A stretch of 64,000 nucleotides of DNA from an uncultured Verrucomicrobiae bacterium. GTDB lineage: Bacteria > Verrucomicrobiota > Verrucomicrobiia > Chthoniobacterales > UBA10450. Under the pieces are notes generated by a model. The model searched no databases and was not told where the DNA came from. It was given only the letters and a program-made list of their open reading frames with translations. How positions within the stretch are numbered: position 1 is the stretch's first letter; every line of letters begins with the position of its first letter. Shown in pieces: positions 31,578-42,273 of the stretch. The translations under genes and the position numbers were made by a program. The stretch lies in NCBI GenBank assembly GCA_963834385.1, contig CAWIBO010000002.1, positions 128,001 to 192,000 on the forward strand, given 5' to 3'.

Positions 31578-32698
31578 AGTTCGCCAACGTTATCGCCAGC
31601 GGCGGGGAATGGCTCCGGGGCGAGGGCCCGCATCACCAGATCGTGGTGAGCAGCCGGGTCCGCCTCGCGCGCAATCTGCGTCATCGCGCCTTCCCCGGCT
31701 GGGCCAAGAAAGCGGAGCGGACCCAGGTGCTGGAATTGATCAAGCCGCAGGTGGAGGAACTGCCCGAGATGCAGGATTCCTTCTCCGAGATGCTGCAGGA
31801 TCTCTCCGCCCTGGAAAAACAGGTCCTGGTGGAGCGTCATCTCATCAGCCGGGAACACGCGGCCAAAAGCATCGGCAGCGGGGTGGTCATGAACCGCCGC
31901 CAGACTCTCAGTATCATGATCAACGAAGAGGACCACCTGCGCATGCAATCGATCCGCTCGGGTCTCCAGCTCAAGAGCGCCTACAAGCTGGTCGACAAGG
32001 TGGACAGCGCCCTCGAGAGCCGGCTTGACTTCGCCTACGATACCCGGCTCGGGTATCTCACGGCCTGCCCGACCAATGTCGGCACCGGCATGCGCGCCTC
32101 CGCCATGCTCCACCTGCCCGGCCTCGTCCTGAGCGAGCTGATCAACCAGGTGATCCAGGCGGTAAACAAGATCGGCCTGGCGGTGCGCGGCCTTTACGGC
32201 GAGGGCACGGAAGCCATGGGCAACCTGTTTCAGATTTCGAACCAGACGACCCTGGGTGAAAAGGAGGAGGAGATCGTCAGCCGTCTGACCAAGGTGATCG
32301 AGACCATCATCGAGAAGGAACACGACGCCCGCCAGGTGCTGATCCAGAAGAAATCGAGTACGCTCTGGGACCAGATTGGGCGCGCCTACGGCATCCTGAC
32401 TTATGCGCATGCCATGACCTCCAAAGAAGCGCTCAACCTTCTTTCCATCCTCAAGCTCGGGGTCGATCTCGGCGCCTTTCCCGAGGACCGCCGCCTGCCC
32501 ATCGACGAACTCTTCATTGAGAGCCAGCCCGCGCACCTGCAAAAGAACTCGCAGCAGAAGCTGAACGCGGAGGAGCGCGACTATCTTCGCGCCCAAATCA
32601 TCCGGGAGCGTTTGAAAACGTTTCCCAAACCTGATATCAGTAAAGTGGCTCGGGAGTCGGGCGACGAGAGATCCGCCGGGCCGCAAGACAATGAATAA
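31574..32698 (+). CDS. mcsB: Protein arginine kinase
   Basis: '[10 protein letters not shown]', 'LVERHLIS', 'INEEDHLR', '[17 protein letters not shown]', 'RGLYGEG', 'QISNQ'. Confidence 0.95.
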   Translation: MKFANVIASGGEWLRGEGPHHQIVVSSRVRLARNLRHRAFPGWAKKAERTQVLELIKPQVEELPEMQDSFSEMLQDLSALEKQVLVERHLISREHAAKSIGSGVVMNRRQTLSIMINEEDHLRMQSIRSGLQLKSAYKLVDKVDSALESRLDFAYDTRLGYLTACPTNVGTGMRASAMLHLPGLVLSELINQVIQAVNKIGLAVRGLYGEGTEAMGNLFQISNQTTLGEKEEEIVSRLTKVIETIIEKEHDARQVLIQKKSSTLWDQIGRAYGILTYAHAMTSKEALNLLSILKLGVDLGAFPEDRRLPIDELFIESQPAHLQKNSQQKLNAEERDYLRAQIIRERLKTFPKPDISKVARESGDERSAGPQDNE

Positions 32699-35177
32699 TT
32701 TCACCCCCCGAGCGCAACAGGTCCTCGCGCTTGCCCGCAAGGAAGCGGATCGCTTCAACCATAACTACGTCGGCACGGAGCACCTGCTGCTCGGGCTGAT
32801 CAAGCTGGGGCAGGGCGTGGCCGTCAACGTCCTCCAAAAAATGGGCCTCGATCTCGAGACCGTGCGCATGGAGGTGGAGAAGCAGGTCGGTTCCGGGCCC
32901 GAGACGAAGATGGTCGGCAACATTCCCTACACCCCCCGGGTGAAGAAGGTCCTGGCCCTCGCGGGCAAGGAAGCCAAGGCCCTTAATCATTCCTACGTCG
33001 GCACGGAGCACATCCTCCTCGGTCTCCTCCGCGAAGGCGAAGGCGTTGCCGCCCGGGTGCTCAAGACCCTCGAGATCGACATCGAGCGCACCCGCAACGA
33101 GATCCTCAAGGAACTCGATCCTAATTTCACGCCGCCCGAGGCCGAGGAAGGCGAAGGCGCCGGTCCCTCCGGCTCAAAGAAGGATTTGAAGACCCCGGCG
33201 CTGCGCGCCTTTGGCCGCGACCTGACCGAACTGGCGAAGAAGAGCGAGCTCGACCCGGTAATCGGCCGGCGCAACGAGATCGAGCGCGTGATCCAGGTGC
33301 TTTGCCGCCGGACGAAGAACAATCCCGTGCTTCTCGGTGAAGCCGGCGTGGGCAAGACCGCCATCGCCGAAGGGCTGGCGCAGGAGATCGTGAACGGCAA
33401 CGTTCCTGAGTTGCTGCGCGACAAGAAGGTGATCACGCTCGACCTCGCGCTCATGGTCGCCGGCACCAAGTACCGGGGCCAGTTCGAGGAACGGATCAAG
33501 GCGGTCATGGACGAGATTCGCCGCTCCAAGAACGTCATCCTTTTTATCGACGAGCTGCACACCATCGTGGGCGCCGGCTCGGCCGAAGGCGCCATGGACG
33601 CCTCAAACATCATCAAGCCGGCCCTGAGCCGCGGCGAGCTCCAGTGCGTGGGCGCGACCACCCTGAACGAGTATCGGAAGTACATCGAGAAGGACGCCGC
33701 CCTCGAACGCCGTTTCCAGACCGTGAAAGTGGAGGCGCCGAGCGTGGACGAGACGGTTCTCATTCTCAAGGGTCTGCGGCCCAAGTACGAGGCGCACCAC
33801 AAGGCGAAGCTGACCGATGAAGCCCTGGAGATGGCGGTGAAGCTTTCTGATCGCTATATCACCGGCCGTTTCCTGCCGGACAAGGCCATCGACGTGATGG
33901 ACGAAGCCGGGGCCCGTGCCCGCATCAACGCCATGACCCGTCCGCCGGACGTGAAGGAAATCGAGCGCGAGATCGAGGAGATCCGGGTGGAAAAAGAGGC
34001 GTCGATCAAGGCGCAGGACTTCGAGAAGGCCGCTTCGCTGCGGGACAAGGAGAAGCAGACCAAGGACAAGCTGGAATCGATCCTGAGCGCATGGCGCGAG
34101 GAGCGCGAGGAGAAGGAAGTGCTCGTGAGTGCGGACGACATGATGCACGTCATCGCCAAGGTGACCGGTGTGCCGTTGCAGCGGATGGAACAGAAGGAAA
34201 CCGAAAAGCTCCTGCGGATGGAGGAGGAGCTAAAGCACAAGGTGATTGGCCAGCACGAGGCCGTGGTGGCCATTTCCAAGGCGCTGCGCCGCAGCCGGGC
34301 CGACCTGAAGGACCCGCGCCGTCCGATCGGCTCGTTTATTTTCCTGGGCCCGACCGGCGTCGGCAAAACCTTCCTGGCGCAGACCCTGGCCGAATTCATG
34401 TTCGGCGACCGCGACGCGCTCATCCAGATCGACATGTCGGAGTACATGGAGAAGTTCACCGCCTCGCGCCTGATTGGTTCGCCCCCGGGCTATGTTGGTT
34501 ACGAGGAGGGGGGCCAGCTCTCCGAGGCCGTCCGGCGGCGTCCGTATTCCGTGGTGCTTTTCGACGAGATCGAGAAGGCGCACCCCGATGTGATGCATCT
34601 GCTTCTGCAGATCCTGGAAGACGGCAAGGTGACCGACTCGCTGGGGCGCAAGATCGACTTCCGCAACACCATCATCATCATGACCTCGAACGTGGGGGCG
34701 GAGCTGCTCAAGCGGCAGACCACCATGGGCTTCGGTGCCACCAAGCCCGTCGGCGAGCATGAGTACGACACCATGCGCGATCGCCTGCTGGAGGAGGCGA
34801 AAAAAGCCTTCAAACCCGAGTTCATCAATCGTCTCGACGATATCATCGTCTTCCACCAGCTCGTCCGGACCGATCTCATGGAGATCGTCGAACTCGAGGT
34901 GGGCAAGGTCCTCGAGCGGGTGAAGAACAAGGAGGTTTATCTCGAACTCGACCAGTCCGCCAAGGACCTGTTGATCGAGAAAGGTTACGACCCGCAGTAT
35001 GGCGCGCGTCCCATGCGCCGCGCGGTGGAGCGTTATCTCGAGGATCCGTTCGCGGAGGAACTCCTGCGCGGGCAGCTCAAGAGCGGCGACACCGTGCATG
35101 TCTCGGCCGCGGACGGGAAGCTGGTCTTCAAGGTGGCCGAGCCGCAACCGCAGCCGGGCGAGCCCGCCGGCGCCTAA
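32691..35177 (+). CDS. clpC: ATP-dependent Clp protease ATP-binding subunit ClpC
   Basis: Two Clp N repeats, two AAA+ modules ([16 protein letters not shown]), UVR middle domain, ClpP-docking 'MGF' loop. Confidence 0.96.
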   Translation: MNNFTPRAQQVLALARKEADRFNHNYVGTEHLLLGLIKLGQGVAVNVLQKMGLDLETVRMEVEKQVGSGPETKMVGNIPYTPRVKKVLALAGKEAKALNHSYVGTEHILLGLLREGEGVAARVLKTLEIDIERTRNEILKELDPNFTPPEAEEGEGAGPSGSKKDLKTPALRAFGRDLTELAKKSELDPVIGRRNEIERVIQVLCRRTKNNPVLLGEAGVGKTAIAEGLAQEIVNGNVPELLRDKKVITLDLALMVAGTKYRGQFEERIKAVMDEIRRSKNVILFIDELHTIVGAGSAEGAMDASNIIKPALSRGELQCVGATTLNEYRKYIEKDAALERRFQTVKVEAPSVDETVLILKGLRPKYEAHHKAKLTDEALEMAVKLSDRYITGRFLPDKAIDVMDEAGARARINAMTRPPDVKEIEREIEEIRVEKEASIKAQDFEKAASLRDKEKQTKDKLESILSAWREEREEKEVLVSADDMMHVIAKVTGVPLQRMEQKETEKLLRMEEELKHKVIGQHEAVVAISKALRRSRADLKDPRRPIGSFIFLGPTGVGKTFLAQTLAEFMFGDRDALIQIDMSEYMEKFTASRLIGSPPGYVGYEEGGQLSEAVRRRPYSVVLFDEIEKAHPDVMHLLLQILEDGKVTDSLGRKIDFRNTIIIMTSNVGAELLKRQTTMGFGATKPVGEHEYDTMRDRLLEEAKKAFKPEFINRLDDIIVFHQLVRTDLMEIVELEVGKVLERVKNKEVYLELDQSAKDLLIEKGYDPQYGARPMRRAVERYLEDPFAEELLRGQLKSGDTVHVSAADGKLVFKVAEPQPQPGEPAGA

Positions 35178-35220
35178 AGCAGGGCGGAACCGGCCGGCCG
35201 GAATGTGCGCCAGCCTCTTC

Positions 35221-35248
35221 CCCGGAGGGACGCGCTTCTGCGCGTCCA
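35221..35248. repeat. Single REP-like hairpin between convergent clpC and xerC
   Basis: GGAG followed by the perfect stem GGACGCGC-TTCT-GCGCGTCC. Confidence 0.45.
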
Positions 35249-35297
35249 AAATGCTGCACGCAACCGGACCGTTGTCGTCCGGGAGCGCAGGTTTGGA

Positions 35298-36197
35298 TCA
35301 GGCGCGCGGATGCGCTGAATCGTAGGCTTTGCGGAGCCGTTCCACGGTCACGTGGGTGTAAATCTGGGTGGTCGAAAGGCTGGCATGCCCCAGAAGCGCC
35401 TGAACGCTTCGCAGGTCGGCCCCGGCATCGAGCAGGTGGGTGGCGAAGCTGTGCCGGAGCTTGTGCGGGCTGAGGGAGATCGGGATGGAGGTGTGCCGCA
35501 GGTAGCGTTTCAGGATCAGCCAGATGGAGCGGGGCGTGATGCGCCGGCGTGATTTGTTCAGGAAAAGCGGACCGGCATGAACCTGGGCGGCTGACCGGTA
35601 ATTTGAGATGGCGGTAAGAGCGGGCGCGCCGACCGGGCAGACGCGTTCCTTCCGTCCTTTCCCGAGCACGCGCACCGACTCGGTGTAGGGATCGAGATCA
35701 GCGACATCGAGCGCGGCCAGCTCGGCCAGGCGCAGGCCGCTGCTGTAGAACAGTTCCATCACGGCAAGGTCGCGCAGCGGCATCCACGCGGGCGCCGATT
35801 TCTCCTTCGGCACACGCAGCGGCGCCGTAAGAAGTTCCTCCACCTGCGTTCGGGTCAGGAGGAGCGGCAGCTTCTTTTCCAGCCTGGGCAGCTGCACCTC
35901 GCGGGTGGGGTCGACGGCGAGACCCTTCCGGTTCACCAGAAAGCGGTAAAAGGTGCGCAAAGCGGAAAACTGGAGCCGAATGTAGGAGCGGGCCTGGCCC
36001 CGCTCCATGAGGAGGAAGAGGTAATCGCGGAAATGCTCCGCGGTGCACTCGGCCCAGGCCGGGGCCTCGGTGGCCGCCCGGAAGGCCTCGAGGGCGGCGC
36101 GGTAACGAGCCAGGGTGCGCGGCGAGGCGTTGCGCTCGACCTCGAGATAACGCAGGAATTCGTCGACAGATTTCGCGGCGGAATCCCGGCGCGGCAC
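35298..36197 (-). CDS. xerC: Tyrosine recombinase XerC/XerD
   Basis: 'FLRYLEVERNASPRT', 'YSSGLRLAEL', 'GKGRKER', 'PHKLRHSFATHLL', 'LLGHASLSTTQIYTH', C-terminal 'HPRA'. Confidence 0.88.
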   Translation of the reverse strand: MPRRDSAAKSVDEFLRYLEVERNASPRTLARYRAALEAFRAATEAPAWAECTAEHFRDYLFLLMERGQARSYIRLQFSALRTFYRFLVNRKGLAVDPTREVQLPRLEKKLPLLLTRTQVEELLTAPLRVPKEKSAPAWMPLRDLAVMELFYSSGLRLAELAALDVADLDPYTESVRVLGKGRKERVCPVGAPALTAISNYRSAAQVHAGPLFLNKSRRRITPRSIWLILKRYLRHTSIPISLSPHKLRHSFATHLLDAGADLRSVQALLGHASLSTTQIYTHVTVERLRKAYDSAHPRA

Positions 36198-36199
36198 AG

Positions 36200-36688
36200 T
36201 CAGAAGGGCTTCTCGATCTGGTAGCGGCTCACGGCGGCGGAGGCGCGCCCGCTGGCCTGGCTGCTGAAGATCGGGGGCGGATTCGTCGAAATCAGTTCGT
36301 AGTTCTCGAGGACGAACTCCGGGTAAATCGCGTTGCTGGCCGGTTCGTAAACTTCCTCGCCGCTGAAACGGCCGGTGAGCCGGTACTCGTAATTGTTATC
36401 AAATCCGAAATTCACCTGCTCGCGGTCGGGCGCGAGTTTTTTGTGCTCGTTCAACATGACCAACTTCGCGGTCGACCAGGACTGGCCCGGGCGGCGGACA
36501 TAGCCCCAGAACTTGTAGTCTGGCTTGTAGTAGCGGCGGCCGATGAAGTAGTCCCCCGGCGGCTCGCTCGAGATCGTCTGCTGCTGGGCGATGCGCGCCT
36601 GTTGGATGCCATCGGGCACCGTCTGGCAGTTGCTCAGGGCAAAGAGGGTAAAGAGCAGGGGGAGAACCTGGCCAAGTCGCTTGATCAT
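36200..36688 (-). CDS. Hypothetical lipoprotein
   Basis: MIKRLGQVLPLLFTLFALSNC lipobox-like signal; aromatic-rich domain; ends 2 nt before xerC. Confidence 0.75.
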   Translation of the reverse strand: MIKRLGQVLPLLFTLFALSNCQTVPDGIQQARIAQQQTISSEPPGDYFIGRRYYKPDYKFWGYVRRPGQSWSTAKLVMLNEHKKLAPDREQVNFGFDNNYEYRLTGRFSGEEVYEPASNAIYPEFVLENYELISTNPPPIFSSQASGRASAAVSRYQIEKPF

Positions 36689-36794
36689 CAGCAGCACCTT
36701 TATCGCACGCACCGCGGGAGTGCAATGCCGGGGCGGCCGCGGGCGCGCGATTCGATTTTGCATCGCCGCCGCCCGCCGTTACCGTCCGGGAGTC

Positions 36795-37058
36795 ATGATC
36801 GAACTTGAGGTTTACGCGGCGGGCGTGCGTGGGCTGGACAAGGTCCTTGCCCTCGATCACCAACTCGAGACGCTGAGCGGCCTCCGCTACAAGGTGGACC
36901 GGAACCATGACCTGGTTTACCTCGAGTTCGACGCGCCGATTCTTTCCATCTCGGAGATTCGTGCCATTTTTCGCCGCCTCGAGCTGGAGCCGCGTTTTGT
37001 CGGGCCCATCCCGCCGGAGTTGCGGCCAAAAACCACCACGCAGGTGCTGGTGCCCTAG
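36795..37058 (+). CDS. Small hypothetical protein (87 aa), possible ferredoxin-like/HMA-like fold without cysteines
   Basis: MIELEVYAAGVR...YKVDRNHDLVYLEFD...ISEIRAIF; coding-like codon usage; directly upstream of mlaE. Confidence 0.65.
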   Translation: MIELEVYAAGVRGLDKVLALDHQLETLSGLRYKVDRNHDLVYLEFDAPILSISEIRAIFRRLELEPRFVGPIPPELRPKTTTQVLVP

Positions 37059-37097
37059 CGGGGGCGCCGCGTCGGCCCGGTTCCCGCCCGACCCATC

Positions 37098-37892
37098 ATG
37101 ACCCGGTTCCTGTCCACGCTTGGCGGCGCTCTCCTTGGTTTTCTGGGTTACCTCGGGCGGGTGCTCCTGCTGGCCCTGGAGACGTTTCGCTCCCTTTTCA
37201 CCCGGCGGTTGCGCTGGCGTCTTTTTCTCCGGCAGGTGGTGGAGATCGGTCTCCACTCCCAGCTTGTCGTGGTCATCACCGGCGGCTTCACCGGGGCTGT
37301 ATTTGCCGCCCAGACTTATTTCCAATTCAGCAAGCTGGGCCTGGGCTCGGGCGTCGGCGCGGTGGTCTCGGTTGCCCTCTGCCGCGAACTCGGGCCGGTC
37401 CTGACCGCGTTGATGGTGACCGGCAGGGTGGGCGCGGCCATGTCGGCCGAGATCGGGACGATGAAGGTCACGGAGCAGATTGACGCCCTGCGCGCGCTCG
37501 CGGTGCATCCGGTCGATTACCTGGTCGTGCCCCGCGCCCTCGCCATGATGGTCTCGATGCCGCTGCTCGTGGCGGAATGCATCGGGGTCGGGATCGCGGC
37601 GGGTTACTTCGTCGCCATCACGCTCCTGGAGGTGAGCGGCCCGTATTACCTCGCGAACATGGAACGCTGGACGCAAATGCGCGACATCGTCATGGGCCTG
37701 ACCAAGGCCTTCTGTTTCGCCATCCTGATCGTCTTCATCAGCTGCGACCGCGGCTTGCATGCGCGCGAGGGTGCGGTCGGCGTGGGCCGGGCCACCACGG
37801 AAGCGGTCGTCTTTGCCTCGCTCGCGGTGCTGATCTCGAACTTTTTCCTGACCATGTTCCTGAACATCCTTTTCCCGGCCGGCTACCAGTGA
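37098..37892 (+). CDS. mlaE: MlaE-family lipid ABC permease
   Basis: 'RELGPVLTALMVTGRVGAAMSAEIGTMKVTEQIDAL', 'YLVVPR', 'GVGRATT'. Confidence 0.95.
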   Translation: MTRFLSTLGGALLGFLGYLGRVLLLALETFRSLFTRRLRWRLFLRQVVEIGLHSQLVVVITGGFTGAVFAAQTYFQFSKLGLGSGVGAVVSVALCRELGPVLTALMVTGRVGAAMSAEIGTMKVTEQIDALRALAVHPVDYLVVPRALAMMVSMPLLVAECIGVGIAAGYFVAITLLEVSGPYYLANMERWTQMRDIVMGLTKAFCFAILIVFISCDRGLHAREGAVGVGRATTEAVVFASLAVLISNFFLTMFLNILFPAGYQ

Positions 37893-38680
37893 CAGAGGAC
37901 GCGACCACCATGAAGAGTGAGGCCGGCGGGGTTCCCATGATTGCCGTGCACGGCCTGGGTAAAGCCATCGGCGGCCAGACCATCCTGCGCGAGGTCAACC
38001 TGGAGGTTCCGCGCGGCGAAACGCTCGTCGTCCTCGGCCGGAGCGGCGCCGGCAAGAGCGTGCTCCTGAAACACCTTATTGGCCTGATGCGTCCCGATAC
38101 GGGCGAAATCCTGATCGAGGGCGAGGAGATCACCCGCCTCAACGAGCGGGCCCTCGAGTCCATCCGGCGCAAGGTCGGAATTCTTTTCCAAGGGGGCGCG
38201 CTCTTCGACTCGATGACCGTGGAGGAAAACATTGCCTTTCCGCTGCGCGAGGCCGGGGAACGCGACCTGGCGGTCCTGCGCGCAAAGGTGGGAGAAATGC
38301 TCGAGATCATCGAGCTGACCGGGCACGAGAAGAAACTGCCGGTGAACCTGAGCGGCGGCATGAAGAAAAGGGTGGGCCTGGCCCGTTCCATCATCCGGCG
38401 ACCGGCCGTGATTCTCTATGATGAACCGACCGCCGGGCTCGACCCAATTGTCTCCGACAGCATTGACCGCCTGATCCGGCGCCTCCAGGAGCGTTTCAAG
38501 GTCACCAGCGTGGTCGTGACCCATGACATGAAGAGCGCGTTCCACGTCGCGGACCGGATCGCCTATCTTCATGAGGGGACCATTTACTTTCATGGTTCTC
38601 CCGACCGGTTGCGCAGCACGAACGACCCTCTCCTGCAGGACTTTCTCCTTGGGCGCTCGGAGGAGGCAATGCTCCGGTGA
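37889..38680 (+). CDS. mlaF: MlaF-family ABC ATPase
   Basis: 'GRSGAGKS', 'FQGGALFDSMTVEENIAFPL', 'LSGGMKKRVGLAR', 'YDEPTAGLDP'. Confidence 0.93.
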   Translation: MTEDATTMKSEAGGVPMIAVHGLGKAIGGQTILREVNLEVPRGETLVVLGRSGAGKSVLLKHLIGLMRPDTGEILIEGEEITRLNERALESIRRKVGILFQGGALFDSMTVEENIAFPLREAGERDLAVLRAKVGEMLEIIELTGHEKKLPVNLSGGMKKRVGLARSIIRRPAVILYDEPTAGLDPIVSDSIDRLIRRLQERFKVTSVVVTHDMKSAFHVADRIAYLHEGTIYFHGSPDRLRSTNDPLLQDFLLGRSEEAMLR

Positions 38681-38723
38681 AAGACGTGGAATTTTCCGGG
38701 GGCGGGCGGAAACTGAAAGACTG

Positions 38724-39635
38724 ATGAAACCGGAAGGGCGCACGCTTGAGGTCAAGGTCGGGGCCTTTGTTTTTGCCGGGCTCGCCGTTCTCGCGGTCCT
38801 GGTCGTGCAATTCGGCCGGCTCAACGAGGGTTTTAAACGCTATTACCCGATCACGGTCCGGTTCGCCGACGCCAGCGGCCTGCTCAAGGGGTCGGATGTC
38901 CTCTTCGCCGGGGCGAAGATCGGCAAGGTGGCCGGGCCGCCCACGCTGGCTCCGTCCGGGGGCGGGGTCGCGGTGCCGCTCCGCATTTACGAGCACATTC
39001 GCATCCCCGCCGGGAGCAAGTTTTCCGTCGGCAGTTCCGGCCTTCTCGGGGACCGTTTTGTCAACGTGGCCATGCCAAAGGAGAAGCCGGAAAAAGTGCT
39101 GGCGCCGGGGGCGATCGTCCAGGGGACGCGCGAAACCGGGCTCGATGACCTCACGCGGGAAGGAAACTTGCTCTTGGAAGACCTGCGGGGGGCGGTTTCG
39201 AACATAAACTCCGCCGCCGTAAAACTGGATCAACAGGCCCTATCCCAGCAAAACATGGACAATTTGAAATCGAGTATTGCCCACCTTGACGAGGCCATGG
39301 GTGCCCTGGCCGCCTCCTCGAAGAAAGTCGAGGCCGTCCTGGAAAAAGGGGATGCCACCATGACCTCGGCGCGGCAGACCGCCGACGAGCTGCAACTGGC
39401 GATTGGCGACGCGCGCAAGACGATCCAGGGCGCCAGCCGGCTGATGCAGGAAGCCACCACGGGCGATGGCCTTCTTCCCGCGCTCCTCCACGACGAAAAA
39501 CTGGCAGGCGATTTGCGCGCGCTCGTGAGCAACCTGCGCCGGCGAGGCGTGCTTTTCTACCGCGACGTGGCAACCCAGGAGGAAGCCCGGGCGACCGCCT
39601 CGCCAGCCTCAACCCGGGAGCGACGCCCCCGATGA
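38724..39635 (+). CDS. mlaD: MlaD/MCE-family protein with helical extension
   Basis: 'EVKVGAFV' TM, 'FADASGL..GSDV..AGAKIGKV', 'GLLGDRFV'. Confidence 0.9.
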   Translation: MKPEGRTLEVKVGAFVFAGLAVLAVLVVQFGRLNEGFKRYYPITVRFADASGLLKGSDVLFAGAKIGKVAGPPTLAPSGGGVAVPLRIYEHIRIPAGSKFSVGSSGLLGDRFVNVAMPKEKPEKVLAPGAIVQGTRETGLDDLTREGNLLLEDLRGAVSNINSAAVKLDQQALSQQNMDNLKSSIAHLDEAMGALAASSKKVEAVLEKGDATMTSARQTADELQLAIGDARKTIQGASRLMQEATTGDGLLPALLHDEKLAGDLRALVSNLRRRGVLFYRDVATQEEARATASPASTRERRPR

Positions 39636-40661
39636 CGCCGCTCTTTACCGTCAACCTGCTGCGGGTGCTTTTCGTCACCTTCTGCGCAACCATCGGCGCC
39701 CTCGCCTCGGCCACGCTGCAGGATAACGCGATCCCGGGACTTCTCGTTGGACTGGTTTTTTCGCTTCTCCTCGTGCTTGGCCGACCGGCTGCTCAAGGGG
39801 TTCTCTCTGCGCGCCTTCTCCTCCGCCACCTTCGGCCTTCTCCTTGGTCTCCTGTTTTCCCGCTTGCTCCTCGCCTCCGACATCCTGCGTTACCAGCCGG
39901 AATCGACGCAGTGGACCATCCGGTTGGTCGTTTACTGCGCCTTCGGTTATCTCGGCATGATGCTCGCCATGCGGAGCAACCGCGACGAGTTCTCGCTCAT
40001 CATCCCGTATGTCCGCTTTTCGCGGCAGGCCACCCAGCACGAGCCGATCGTGGTCGATACCAACATCATCATCGACGGGCGCCTCGCCGATCTCTGCGCC
40101 ACCGGTTTCCTGAGCCGTTCCCTGATCGTGCCCCGTTTTGTCCTCGGCGAATTGCAGACCCTGGCCGATTCGCGCGATGCCGTGAAAAGGGAACGCGGGC
40201 GCCGCGGCCTCGAGATCCTGCAGAAACTGCAGCGCACCCCGGAGATCGAGCTGAGCATCCACGAAACCAGCAGCGATGAACCGGACGGTCCCGTGGACAG
40301 CCGTCTCGTCCAAACCGCGAAACTGCTGGGCGCGCGCCTCCTGACCAACGACGCCGCCCTCTGCCAGGTCGCACGCCTCCAGCAGGTCACTGCCCTCAAT
40401 TTGACCGATCTCACCCGGGCCTTGCGTCCGGCCGTTTCCGCTGGGGACGAAATCCCCCTCGCCCTGGTCAAGGAAGGCCGCGAAAGTCATCAGGCGGTCG
40501 GGTATCTGCCCGATGGCACCATGATCGTGGTCAATCACGCCCGCCCTCGTCTTGGAACCACCGCCGAGGTGGTCATTTCCAGCGCCCTTCAGTCGGCCGG
40601 CGGCCGCCTTGTTTTTGCCGAGCTGAAGGAAAACGGGGCGCGCGCCGCGGCAGGCCGCTGA
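39632..40661 (+). CDS. PIN/TRAM domain membrane protein (YacL-like), +1 frameshift near 39780
   Basis: N-terminal TM helices start in ORF 39632. ORF 39747-40661 has PIN 'VDTNIIIDGR...FVLGELQ..ADS..KRERGRRGL...LTND' and TRAM 'EG.E..QAVGYLPDGTMIVV'. Confidence 0.88.
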
Positions 40662-40680
40662 CGGGGCGCACGAGCTGCGC

Positions 40681-41490
40681 ATGCCATTTCGCCGCCTGCT
40701 GAAGGACCTCCTGCCCCACGGGCTGGTGGAACTGCGGCGTGACCTCGGCCGTCTGCGCGAGCTTGGCCTTTCCCTGCCCCCTTCACGCTGGCTGGCCGCG
40801 CGGCGTCTCCTGGCGGATCTCGACGAAACCGGCCTCGCGCTTTTGCCGCCCGGTCACCTGCGCGATTTGTCGTGTGTCGTTGATGTCGGGGCCAATGTCG
40901 GCCACTGGTCGGCCGCGGTGCTGCGCAGTCTTGCACCGCAGCGACTGATCGCGATTGAGCCGGCGCCCGGGCCCTTCGCCCAGTTGCGGGAAAGGCTCGG
41001 CGATCGCGCGGAGCTTCATCAAGTGGCGGTGGGCGCGGAGACCGGCCAGGCCGCGCTGCATCTTACGCGGGACAGCACCGGCGCTTCCCTTCTTCCCCCC
41101 GCGCCCGCCATGCGCGAAGTGGTCGGCCGGAACTGGTCCGTGGAAGAAAAGATTTCCGTACCGGTGCGAACCCTCGATGACTTGTTGCGCGAGGTCGCGG
41201 AGATCTCGCTCTTGAAACTGGATGTGCAGGGGGTTGAACACGAGGTGCTGGCCGGGGCGCGGGAGGTCCTGCGCCGGACCCGGTTCCTCCTCATCGAGAT
41301 GAACTTTATGCGCCAGTATGAAGGCGGCTCCTGGTTCGGCCCGGTGCACGAGACCCTCACGGAGAGCGAATCATTTGTGCTGGTGAATGTGTCCCCTCCG
41401 CTTTGTTTAAATGGGCGGGCCTCGATGTGTGACGGGCTGTATGTGAACCGGGAGCTGATCCCGGAATGGGTGAAACCGGACTTCACGTAA
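40681..41490 (+). CDS. FkbM-family SAM methyltransferase
   Basis: 'VDVGANVG', 'AIEP', 'TLDD', 'LKLDVQGVEHEVLAGA'. Confidence 0.9.
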   Translation: MPFRRLLKDLLPHGLVELRRDLGRLRELGLSLPPSRWLAARRLLADLDETGLALLPPGHLRDLSCVVDVGANVGHWSAAVLRSLAPQRLIAIEPAPGPFAQLRERLGDRAELHQVAVGAETGQAALHLTRDSTGASLLPPAPAMREVVGRNWSVEEKISVPVRTLDDLLREVAEISLLKLDVQGVEHEVLAGAREVLRRTRFLLIEMNFMRQYEGGSWFGPVHETLTESESFVLVNVSPPLCLNGRASMCDGLYVNRELIPEWVKPDFT

Positions 41491-41512
41491 GGGGAGGCGA
41501 TCGGTGGGCGGA

Positions 41513-41553
41513 AAGTAAAATACGCTTTACTTAATGTAAGGTATACCTTACAT
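41513..41553. promoter_or_regulatory. Tandem palindromic operator (GTAA-N8-TTAC x2)
   Basis: AAGTAAAATACGCTTTACTT (41513-41532) and the perfect 20-bp palindrome ATGTAAGGTATACCTTACAT (41534-41553), an AT-rich island just before ATG 41561. Confidence 0.75.
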
Positions 41554-41560
41554 CACCGGA

Positions 41561-42043
41561 ATGATTGCACAATTCCGGGGAATTCTTTCCAACACGTCGT
41601 CTCGCGAACTTGCGGCCTGGGCCTCCATCCTGACCACGGTTCTCGTCTACCTTCCCTATTTCGCCTGGGTTTTCGAGGCCTTTGCCGGAAACCGCCTAGG
41701 CGCGGCCGCTCTCCTGGGGAAACTCATCGGCGCAGTGGTGACGCAGCTCTTCTTTCTCGCGCTGATTCATATTGTGCTGGCGATTACTCTGCGACGTGAG
41801 CCGGAGGATGAGCGGGCCGCCCTGATCGAGGCGCGCTCGTCGCGTCTGGCCTACAACATTCTTTCACCGGTCCTTGTTATCGGGGCGGTGGCGATCGTCG
41901 TGACCGGGGTTGTCACGCCCGAACCCCTGGCGCGCAATCTTCTGAACCCGATCTTTCTGAGCCAGGTCGGGCTCCTGGCCGCGATCGTGGCGGAGATGGC
42001 CAGGTATCTGATGCAGGTGATTTGCCTTCGGCGCGGCTGCTAG
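41561..42043 (+). CDS. Four-TM membrane protein (DUF2178-like)
   Basis: TM helices flanking '[17 protein letters not shown]'; coupled to an XRE gene. Confidence 0.75.
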   Translation: MIAQFRGILSNTSSRELAAWASILTTVLVYLPYFAWVFEAFAGNRLGAAALLGKLIGAVVTQLFFLALIHIVLAITLRREPEDERAALIEARSSRLAYNILSPVLVIGAVAIVVTGVVTPEPLARNLLNPIFLSQVGLLAAIVAEMARYLMQVICLRRGC

Positions 42044-42044
42044 G

Positions 42045-42272
42045 ATGGAGAAGCTCCGCATCAGCAACCAGATCAGGCGTCTCCGTTTCGAGACCGGCGA
42101 GATGACGCAGCAAAAGCTGGCCGAAACTGTTGGCGTGACCCGGCAGACGATCATTGCCGTGGAGGCGGCAAAGTATTTTCCCTCGCTCGAACTGGCTTTC
42201 CGGATTGCGCAGGCCTTTGACCGGCCCCTGGAGGAGGTCTTCCAATTGGAAGGGGCGACCGGCGATCCCTGA
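42045..42272 (+). CDS. XRE/Cro-family HTH transcriptional regulator
   Basis: 'NQIRRLR...[43 protein letters not shown]'. Confidence 0.93.
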   Translation: MEKLRISNQIRRLRFETGEMTQQKLAETVGVTRQTIIAVEAAKYFPSLELAFRIAQAFDRPLEEVFQLEGATGDP

Positions 42273-42273
42273 T

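Noticed and set aside
35298..36197. Tyrosine recombinase as a prophage or island integrase
   Set aside because: It has XerC/D hallmarks (C-terminal HPRA, ~300 aa) and sits among housekeeping genes; no att sites, tRNA or phage genes seen.
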